Below are positions 1 through 6,085 of a stretch of 6,665 nucleotides of DNA, one piece after another. Each line of letters opens with the position of its first letter. The first letter of the stretch is position 1. Below the pieces are notes generated by a model. That model saw only the letters and a program-made list of their open reading frames with translations, did not search any database and was not told the origin of the DNA. This stretch comes from a virus (Duplodnaviria; Heunggongvirae; Uroviricota; Caudoviricetes). Location of the stretch: the IMG/VR virus record IMGVR_UViG_2698536401_000007; one strand, 5' to 3'. The translations under genes were made by a program, and so were the position numbers.

Positions 1-86
1 TGCTCCGTTGACGCTTACTGTTATTCAGCGATCTGTTCAAATGTTATTACCCGATCTCGATGGAAGTTATTGAGTGATCTCCTTTC

Positions 87-1460
87 ATGAAAATACGCAC
101 GTATGACCTTGCTAACGGGAAATACACTGCACAGGACGCCACCACAGCGCGAAAAGGTCTTGTCCAGCTCAGTAGCGTCACCAACAGCGATTCTGAAACG
201 CTTGCGGCAACGCCAAAGGCGGTAAAGGCCGCGTATGACCTTGCTAACGGGAAATACACTGCACAGGATGCCACCACGGCGCGAAAAGGGCTTGTCCAGC
301 TCAGTAGCGCCACTAACAGTGATTCTGAAACGCTGGCCGCAACACCAAAAGCGGTGAAGTCTGCCTATGACAATGCTGAAAAACGTCTTCAGAAAGATCA
401 GAACGGTGCGGATATTCCGGGAAAGGATACCTTCACGAAAAATATCGGTGCCTGTCGTGCTTATAGCGGCGCTTTGAGCACTGAAGCCGGAAACTGGACA
501 ACCGCTCAGTTTATTGAATGGCTGGATTCCCGTGGTGCATTTAATCATCCGTACTGGATGTGCAAAGGCTCCTGGTCATATGCAAATAACAAAATCATTA
601 CGGATACCGGATGTGGTGATATCCACCTGGCTGGTTGTGTCGTCGAGGTCATGGGAACTAAATCTGCAATCACTATCCGAGTGACCACGCCGACAACATC
701 AAGCGGTGGCGGTACAACCAGCGCACAATTCACTTACATTAATCATGGGGACGCCTACTCCCCCGGCTGGCGTCGTGACTGGAATCGTCAGGGCGACGCA
801 ATGACCGGAACGATTAATCAGGACGGCGGAAGCCAGAATACCTATATGTCTACGGCCTTATGTTCAGGCACCAGAGGCGGCAAAAAATATCTCAGAAAGT
901 TTCGTGGTGGAGAAGGAGACACTATCTGGCATGAAACAGTACAGGGTGGGGTAGTTCGCTGGGCGACTGGTAATACTGATGCTCAGGAAGAATTATCACT
1001 CAGCTCCGCTTATGGTCTCCGTTCAAGAGGTGAGATTACATCACTCAGTGCCAATGGTCTGCGCATTGCTTATGGCAATTATGGATTCTTTATCAGGAAT
1101 GATGGTGGTAGCACATATTTAATGCTGACGGCCTCTGGCGATAAATTTGGAACATGGAACGGTTTAAGACCGCTGACTATCAATAACGCCAATGGCGGAG
1201 TGTCAATGGGGCATGGCCTGAGTGTTACTGGACGTGTTACCCCATCAGATTACGGAAATTTTGATTCCCGCTATGTGAAAGATGTTCGCCTGGGTACGCG
1301 TGTTGTTCAGACCATGCAAAAAGGCGTGATGTATGAGAAATCAGGCCATGTAATTACAGGGCTTGGCATTGTCGGCGAAGTTGATGGCGATGATCCGGCA
1401 GTATTCAGACCTATACAAAAATACATTAATGGCACATGGTATAATGTCGCACAGGTGTAA
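87..1460 (+). CDS. H: Phage tail fibre protein, P2 gpH-like; 457 aa as called from ATG 87, true N-terminus uncertain
   Basis: Long ORF in the six-frame track. Two tandem 44-aa units YDLANGKYTAQDATTARKGLVQLSS(V/A)TNSDSETLAATPKAVK typical of phage tail fibre repeats. C-terminus ...GNFDSRYVKDVRLGTRVVQ...PIQKYINGTWYNVAQV matches my recollection of P2-type H proteins. A G-like chaperone follows 3 nt downstream. No strong SD before ATG 87, and the ATG overlaps a TGA (88..90) ending a frame that is open from the window start. Confidence 0.85.
   Translation: MKIRTYDLANGKYTAQDATTARKGLVQLSSVTNSDSETLAATPKAVKAAYDLANGKYTAQDATTARKGLVQLSSATNSDSETLAATPKAVKSAYDNAEKRLQKDQNGADIPGKDTFTKNIGACRAYSGALSTEAGNWTTAQFIEWLDSRGAFNHPYWMCKGSWSYANNKIITDTGCGDIHLAGCVVEVMGTKSAITIRVTTPTTSSGGGTTSAQFTYINHGDAYSPGWRRDWNRQGDAMTGTINQDGGSQNTYMSTALCSGTRGGKKYLRKFRGGEGDTIWHETVQGGVVRWATGNTDAQEELSLSSAYGLRSRGEITSLSANGLRIAYGNYGFFIRNDGGSTYLMLTASGDKFGTWNGLRPLTINNANGGVSMGHGLSVTGRVTPSDYGNFDSRYVKDVRLGTRVVQTMQKGVMYEKSGHVITGLGIVGEVDGDDPAVFRPIQKYINGTWYNVAQV
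102..365 (+). repeat. Tandem direct repeat, 2 x 132 bp (2 x 44 codons), inside the tail fibre gene; a third unit starts at 366 but diverges after YD
   Basis: Copy 1 (102..233) and copy 2 (234..365) both begin tatgaccttgctaacgggaaatacactgcacagga and are near-identical for the first ~70 bp, with more synonymous and a few non-synonymous changes later. Seen directly in the sequence. Confidence 0.9.
1453..1457 (+). promoter_or_regulatory. Shine-Dalgarno (AGGTG) for the G-like gene
   Basis: AGGTG lies 6 nt upstream of ATG 1464 and just before the H stop codon TAA (1458..1460). Confidence 0.6.
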
Positions 1461-1463
1461 TTT

Positions 1464-1991
1464 ATGCTGCATTTAAAAAATATTACTGCGGGTAATCCCA
1501 AAACTGTTGCCCAATATCAACTGACAAAAAATTTTGATGTTATCTGGTTATGGTCTGAAGACGGAAAAAACTGGTATGAGGAAGTAAGTAATTTTCAGGA
1601 AGACACGATAAAGATTGTTTACGACGAGAATAATATAATTGTCGGCATCACCAGAGATGCTTCAACGCTTAACCCTGAAGGTTTTAGCGTTGTCGAGGTT
1701 CCTGATATTACCGCCAACCGACGTGCGGATGACTCAGGTAAATGGATGTTTAAGGATGGTGCCGTGATTAAGCGGATTTATACGACAGACGAACAGCAGC
1801 AACTGGCAGAATCACAAAAGGCAACTTTACTTTCCGAAGCGGAATCCGTGATTTTGCCGCTGGAGCGCGCTGTCAGGCTGAATATGGCAACAGATGAGGA
1901 GCGCAGCCGACTGGAAGCATGGGAACGCTACAGCGTTCTGGTCAGTCGTGTGGATCCTGCAAATCCTGAATGGCCGGAAATGCCGCAATAA
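1464..1991 (+). CDS. G: Tail fibre assembly chaperone, P2 gpG-like, 175 aa
   Basis: ORF immediately downstream of the tail fibre gene, with an SD and the size expected for P2 G. The C-terminal segment ...[31 protein letters not shown] is characteristic of tail fibre assembly proteins as I recall them. Synteny H-G. Confidence 0.9.
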   Translation: MLHLKNITAGNPKTVAQYQLTKNFDVIWLWSEDGKNWYEEVSNFQEDTIKIVYDENNIIVGITRDASTLNPEGFSVVEVPDITANRRADDSGKWMFKDGAVIKRIYTTDEQQQLAESQKATLLSEAESVILPLERAVRLNMATDEERSRLEAWERYSVLVSRVDPANPEWPEMPQ

Positions 1992-2269
1992 GTTGTATGA
2001 GCTTACATACCTATAGCACAGAGTAAAGCCTAATCTGACAGTCCGCTCTGTGCCAAAAAGGGACGTTGCTAGGAGCATTAACCTTTAGTCGAAATGTGGT
2101 GTGAAAAAGAAAAACAGAATAGTTGTGCCGGACTCAGAATCTTCTGGTCTCGCACATTTACCTTTCTTCAAGTCTATAGGGGAAAGATTTTCAATGACTA
2201 ATCAATCAGTTTATATAAAACTCGTGTTTAGATTTTGAGCATTATTTACGATAGGTTTCTCAGGATATT

Positions 2270-2287
2270 GGCCCCCAGTAAGGGGCC
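2270..2287. other. GC-rich hairpin (GGCCCC-cagtaa-GGGGCC) between convergent genes; possible transcription stop or RNA stabiliser, no U-tract
   Basis: Perfect 6-bp GC stem with a 6-nt loop, 20 bp beyond the stop of the minus-strand operon (2307). No T-run follows on either strand, so it is not a canonical intrinsic terminator. Confidence 0.25.
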
Positions 2288-2306
2288 GTCAACCGCTGAC
2301 TAGCAA

Positions 2307-2900
2307 TTAGTTAATGCGTGTCAGCTCGTAATGACCTACTGTTTTACGGCTTGTAAAGTAGTTCCCATTTAACACGTCTTTATCATTAAGATTTAGCTTG
2401 AGAATAGCTGTGCCCATGTAAGGATCTTGTGGACCAAAACCTGCCTTATGCTTGGGGGTTGTTAAAAAAACGTAGTAAAGTTCTGGTCGCCCCGTTTCGG
2501 TATCCTTTTTAGGCTTAGCCACCAATGTCTGAGAATCGGAGTCGTCAGCTTCGACATCCATTCCAATTTTAAGAAAATCCTGCTTTATAGTTGCTTGTGC
2601 GTGGGATGTGCCTTTTTTATCTTCCCATTCCCAATGAATAACCATATCCCAGGTTCCGTTCAAATCAGGGAAGAGTAGGTTATTTAGTTTAGGGAACCAT
2701 TGCCATAACTTTCGCCACCCAAAGAAAAAAATTGATATCACAATAGTATTAAGAATAAACAAACCTCCAGATGCAACTGATAGGACTGTCATGAAAGTTG
2801 TGTTTTCATCATATATGCCCAATAAAATCAGACCGCAGACAGTCGCATAGATAACGGAGATTCTTGAGATTATTTTCCATATTGGGAGAAGGTTTATCAT
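2307..2900 (-). CDS. Membrane protein, 197 aa: two N-terminal TM helices plus a beta-rich C-terminal domain; candidate membrane-disrupting effector
   Basis: ORF with a strong SD (GAGGAG; plus-strand ctcctc at 2906..2911) 5 nt upstream of the ATG. Its start overlaps the stop of the upstream gene as ATGA (2897..2900). Hydrophobic stretches at about residues 11-30 and 36-62, then a domain with alternating hydrophobic/polar patterning (TWDMVIHWEW, ELYYVFLTT, GTAILKLNL, GHYELTRI). Topology called by eye. Confidence 0.8.
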   Translation of the reverse strand: MINLLPIWKIISRISVIYATVCGLILLGIYDENTTFMTVLSVASGGLFILNTIVISIFFFGWRKLWQWFPKLNNLLFPDLNGTWDMVIHWEWEDKKGTSHAQATIKQDFLKIGMDVEADDSDSQTLVAKPKKDTETGRPELYYVFLTTPKHKAGFGPQDPYMGTAILKLNLNDKDVLNGNYFTSRKTVGHYELTRIN

Positions 2901-3334
2901 TGCAACTCCTCGTAATAAACTTCTTTACCAGCCTCAAATATAGAAAGACGACCTCTTTCGCCTACAATCCCTGTAAGTTTAATCTCGTCAATGCAAGAGC
3001 CATAAAGGGCAGCAACAAAACGTCCACCGACGAGTCTTGAACTGTCAAAACTGATGTTCTCTATGATTGGTGGTGAGAAATATTGTGCGGTATAAGTAAC
3101 ATTTCCTGCTTCATCTAAGATGTGAAAGCCATCATGGTATTCGCTATTTTTATTGGAAATTCTTGATAATAATTCTAATGTGGAATCATTCTGTATGGGG
3201 TCTATATTCCGAAGACTTGTGATGGGAAGGCTATCAGGGTTATTACATATAATAACGCCTATGCCAGAAAAATAAGCACGACTGGATTTTTTCCAAATAT
3301 CATATAGTAATTTATATAATTTCTCTTTTGTCAT
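2897..3334 (-). CDS. Small soluble protein, 145 aa, with DisA_N / diadenylate-cyclase (DAC)-like motif pattern; candidate nucleotide cyclase or nucleotide-binding partner
   Basis: ORF with an SD (AGGAAG; plus-strand cttcct at 3344..3349) 9 nt upstream of ATG 3334. Residues GIGVII (24-29), HDG (67-69), YFSPP (85-89), GGRFVAA (103-109) and TGIVGERGRLSIF (121-133) follow the order and spacing of the DAC consensus GALIV ... HDGA ... LPLS ... GTRHRAA ... VSEETG as I recall it. H and the second R of the canonical RHR are replaced (GRFV). Confidence 0.8.
   Translation of the reverse strand: MTKEKLYKLLYDIWKKSSRAYFSGIGVIICNNPDSLPITSLRNIDPIQNDSTLELLSRISNKNSEYHDGFHILDEAGNVTYTAQYFSPPIIENISFDSSRLVGGRFVAALYGSCIDEIKLTGIVGERGRLSIFEAGKEVYYEELQ
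2906..2911 (-). promoter_or_regulatory. Shine-Dalgarno (GAGGAG on the minus strand) for the 197-aa gene, inside the 3' end of the upstream gene
   Basis: The reverse complement of plus-strand ctcctc (2906..2911) is GAGGAG, 5 nt from the ATG at 2900. Consistent with translational coupling. Confidence 0.6.
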
Positions 3335-3865
3335 CGTTCATTTCTTCCTGATTTTAGTTATTAACTACAAAAAATCAAACAGTAATATCAATAAAGACGA
3401 TTATCCAATAATTTTCTTTGCAATGGAAGATTTGATAATCAAGTATAAAGATTTGTAGAAACAATGAAATGAGGTTTGACGGCAGGCCTCAGAGCTCGAT
3501 GCAGTTTTAGCTAACCTCAATAAAAGGAAGGTGTTCGTTTTTTGCTCAATACTACCCGTCAACTTTGTGCCGCAAGCAGAGGCTGCAAACCTCAGCATAT
3601 GTAAGTCAATGGGGGATGTTACTAATACATTCGACCGAAACACTAAAAATTTCATTACATTTTATTGAGATAGGCATTTGAAATGTTGCAAGAAATGTAT
3701 AAATAATGTATTTATTCAGAATAATCGGGGTTCTGTTCATGGACGAGCCCCAAAAAGCTGATTATACCTAGGCAAGCGTCTGGTTGCTGATAGCTATTAT
3801 GGCAAAAGAAAGGACTGTTTGTTGATATAAATGAATAAACATCCGATTTGGTTTAGGGAGTCTGG
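3335..3865. promoter_or_regulatory. Divergent intergenic control region (531 bp) expected to hold promoters for the minus-strand operon and the plus-strand 633-aa gene; contains imperfect inverted repeats
   Basis: Lies between divergently oriented start codons (3334 minus, 3866 plus). AT-rich ends with -35/-10-like hexamers, e.g. TTGCAA (3686..3691), 17 bp, TATTTA (3709..3714) on plus, and TTGATT-16-TAAAAT on minus within 3350..3385. None is validated. Central GC-richer segment has inverted repeat arms at 3471..3495 and 3572..3596. Confidence 0.4.
3855..3860 (+). promoter_or_regulatory. Shine-Dalgarno (AGGGAG) for the 633-aa gene
   Basis: AGGGAG lies 5 nt upstream of ATG 3866. Confidence 0.65.
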
Positions 3866-5767
3866 ATGAAGCTAAGAATAAGTAAAATATCATTAAAAAA
3901 CTTCAAAAGTTTTAAAAATATTACTATCGTTCCCAATCCTGATTTTAATATAATCATTGGGGAAAATAGTGCTGGGAAGTCAACTGTTTTTGAAGCTATT
4001 CATTTATGGGAGAAATGTTATAAAACATATATCCTTGCTTCAAGGAAAGGGTTTTATAAAGTTAAGAAGTCAACAAACAGATATGTTAATTATCAAGAGC
4101 TGGATTTTTTGCGAATCACAAGTGATGAGGATCTTTTTCACGACCCAAGAGATCCTAATCTAGGAAAATGCTCTGAAATAACTCTGACATTAAAAAATGA
4201 AGAGGAGAATGATAAGAGCTGGGAGCTTGGATTCAAAGTTACATGCCCAACATCAATCGAAAATGCTTTTTTCCGCGTTCAACCAATAGATGAAAATCAG
4301 TTTACTAATTTTGCGGAAGAATTTTGTAAAGGAGGGGCATTTTTGGATGAAGCTATCTTTATTTACCAGACGAGACCAGTAGCAGGAGTTCATCAATTTG
4401 AGCCGTACTATAATGAGGCTCAGATTAAGAGAAAAATACAAAAAGGTTATTCACACGAGGTTCTTAGAAACAAAATTATCTCTAAAAGAAAGTCAATATC
4501 AGATTTGGAATTAAGCATATCTGAAATACTTGAGAAAGATGTCAAGTTCAATATTCCTTCGGATGCAAGAAAAAATAAAGATGAATTCATTAAACTTGAT
4601 GTTTCAATCAATAGTTCAAAATATTATGATCTTCACCTTCAAGGAAGTGGTTTTCTTCAAATTGTGGAAATACTATCTACAGTTGAATTTATTGATGCTC
4701 CTCTCAAGTTACTGCTTGTTGACGAACCTGACTCACACATCCACACAAAGCTACAACATAATCTTCTCGCCCATTTAAAAAAAATAGATCACAATCAGTT
4801 TTTTATTATCAGTCATAACGATCAATTTGTGACCAGCGCAGGAGAAGGTGAAGTATTCTTCCTAAACGAAGACGCTAAATTAAGTGGTCACCTAGAAGCA
4901 ATCAACCCAAATAGTTTCGATATTATAAAAAACTCATTGGGGGGGGTAATTTTATCTCTCGAGAGACTTAATAATGCAAAACTAATCGCATTTGTTGAAG
5001 GTGAGGACGATGAAAAATATCTAAAGAAACTTAACCAAAAGATCAAAGAAATTACTAACCCAATTGGTTGTTTGAAAAATGTAGTTTTCTTTCCGTTACG
5101 AGGAAAAGATAATATTCTCCAAAAGGTTGAGTATAATAAGAGAACTTTAAATTCGATTCTAAATGGCAAATCGTGGTATGTTATTTTTGATCGGGATTTT
5201 TCTACAGACACTGTTGATCATTATCTTAAGGAAAATATTACTAAGAAACGGTTCACTCCATATAGTCATGTGGGGTATTGTATTGAGTCAGTGTTATTTT
5301 CGGATCTGAGTATTTTTAAAAAGTATTTGTATTCCTTGGCTCCATTTATTGCTGAAGACGAATTTTCAACACACATTGATACCTTAATTGATGAATTAAA
5401 GGATTCTGTCAATAATTTAACCTCCTCACTAAACAAAGAAATAGAGGCTAGATTCAATAGTCAAAAGAAAAACCGACCAGAATTTGCTAATCTTAATTTT
5501 GTGGATGTCGTTAGATCATGGTGCGAAGATGGAGTATTCAAACCTGAGCGAGTAATGTCAAAACCTCTTATCCAAAAGTTTGTTACAGATCTGGAAAATA
5601 AAATAGGTGTTTCTCTCTTCCTGCGAGAATCAAATGTAGATGAAGAAGTAGCATCAAAGTTATTATTTAAATACTTTGACTTCATTCAGACAATTGATGA
5701 TTTGTATCCATCATTTCGAGACTTGATGAAACAGCTAGATGTGCTGCCAAGAAATGAAGTTGAATAA
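3866..5767 (+). CDS. ABC/AAA15-type ATPase fused to a Toprim-like nuclease domain, 633 aa; OLD-family or fused PARIS (AriA-AriB)-like anti-phage candidate
   Basis: Walker A GENSAGKST (residues 32-40). Signature-like LQGSGF. Walker B with D- and H-loop LLLVDEPDSHIH (about 282-293). C-terminal FVEGEDDEKY (Glu about 378) and VIFDRDF (Asp about 442/444) match the Toprim E...DxD pattern of OLD/DUF4435 proteins. Good SD. Very AT-rich coding sequence. A roughly 160-aa C-terminal tail has no recognisable motif. Confidence 0.9.
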   Translation: MKLRISKISLKNFKSFKNITIVPNPDFNIIIGENSAGKSTVFEAIHLWEKCYKTYILASRKGFYKVKKSTNRYVNYQELDFLRITSDEDLFHDPRDPNLGKCSEITLTLKNEEENDKSWELGFKVTCPTSIENAFFRVQPIDENQFTNFAEEFCKGGAFLDEAIFIYQTRPVAGVHQFEPYYNEAQIKRKIQKGYSHEVLRNKIISKRKSISDLELSISEILEKDVKFNIPSDARKNKDEFIKLDVSINSSKYYDLHLQGSGFLQIVEILSTVEFIDAPLKLLLVDEPDSHIHTKLQHNLLAHLKKIDHNQFFIISHNDQFVTSAGEGEVFFLNEDAKLSGHLEAINPNSFDIIKNSLGGVILSLERLNNAKLIAFVEGEDDEKYLKKLNQKIKEITNPIGCLKNVVFFPLRGKDNILQKVEYNKRTLNSILNGKSWYVIFDRDFSTDTVDHYLKENITKKRFTPYSHVGYCIESVLFSDLSIFKKYLYSLAPFIAEDEFSTHIDTLIDELKDSVNNLTSSLNKEIEARFNSQKKNRPEFANLNFVDVVRSWCEDGVFKPERVMSKPLIQKFVTDLENKIGVSLFLRESNVDEEVASKLLFKYFDFIQTIDDLYPSFRDLMKQLDVLPRNEVE

Positions 5768-5960
5768 TATTATCGCGTTTCAAAATATAGAACGGTGGGT
5801 AAGGTAATGAATGACAAAATACACATTGAATCGCCACGAACCAAGCAATAAGCATATCAGCTCAGCCCTTATGGGCTGATGATCTGTTCCTCGCTCAAAG
5901 CAAGCTTTCAGATTTGATAACAAATTGTCAGTTGGAAACTGAGTGAGTACAAATCAAGGC

Positions 5961-5988
5961 AGGCGGGCTGATTGCCCGCCTTTTCTTT
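5961..5988 (+). terminator. Rho-independent terminator
   Basis: Stem AGGCGGGC (5961..5968), loop TGATT, stem GCCCGCCT (5974..5981), running into T-tract TTTTCTTT (5981..5988). About 190 bp downstream of the 633-aa gene stop, upstream of FI. Confidence 0.7.
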
Positions 5989-6073
5989 ATCTGTTGTTTC
6001 ATCCACTGACCAGTCAGGTCAAATAGCGTCTCATGCACTGCCCAACAGAAAATACCACTCACCCATTAACCAC

Positions 6074-6077
6074 GGAG
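6074..6077 (+). promoter_or_regulatory. Shine-Dalgarno (GGAG) for FI
   Basis: GGAG lies 8 nt upstream of ATG 6086. Confidence 0.6.
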
Positions 6078-6085
6078 TTAAACGG

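Larger units (their letters stand above)
1992..6085. other. Accessory cargo island at the G/FI junction of a P2-like prophage (position of P2 Z/fun locus); candidate anti-phage defence hotspot
   Basis: Flanked by recognisable P2-type G (left) and FI (right) genes. Contains three non-structural ORFs with visibly lower GC than the flanks (by eye, not computed). The protein architectures are of the kinds found in phage defence genes. Confidence 0.7.

Noticed and set aside
21-548. Minus-strand ORFs 21..548 (175 aa) and 47..313 (88 aa)
   Set aside because: Antisense shadow of the tail fibre gene and its tandem repeats; the repeat makes the opposite strand spuriously open. The plus-strand gene has far stronger protein-level support.
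545-2078. Minus-strand ORFs 545..733, 1307..1501 and 1827..2078
   Set aside because: Short ORFs overlapping well-supported plus-strand H and G genes, with no RBS or recognisable motifs; most likely chance frames.
2094-2201. 35-codon plus-strand ORF (MWCEKEKQ...) in the G/cargo junction
   Set aside because: No SD, no recognisable features, too short to support.
2307-3334. Kiwa, canonical CBASS or Pycsar as the identity of the two-gene operon
   Set aside because: Kiwa has a multi-TM KwaA followed by a ~300-aa DUF4868 protein, which does not fit this size or order. CBASS needs a ~300+ aa CD-NTase and Pycsar a nucleotidyl-cyclase-family enzyme; neither is present.
3401-3655. Minus-strand 84-aa ORF in the divergent intergenic region
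   Set aside because: Low-complexity product, no convincing SD, and it overlaps the inverted-repeat patch that looks regulatory. A small protein cannot be fully excluded without expression data.
3686-3714. Specific sigma-70 promoter TTGCAA-17-TATTTA for the 633-aa gene
   Set aside because: Hexamers like this are plentiful in AT-rich DNA; kept only as a possibility within the regulatory-region feature.
3957-5685. Six short ORFs on both strands inside the 633-aa gene (3957..4163, 4253..4441, 4530..4778, 4888..5211, 5266..5457, 5461..5685)
   Set aside because: All nested within or antisense to a long ORF that has clear Walker A/B and Toprim motifs; they are alternative-frame artefacts.
3866-5767. 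Gabija GajA as the identity of the 633-aa ATPase-Toprim protein
   Set aside because: Gabija needs an adjacent GajB helicase gene; none is present on either side, so a standalone OLD-like or fused PARIS-like protein fits better.
5808-5852. 14-codon mini-ORF (MNDKIHIESPRTKQ) downstream of the 633-aa gene
   Set aside because: Too short to call without conservation or ribosome-profiling evidence; weak SD-like AAGGTA only.
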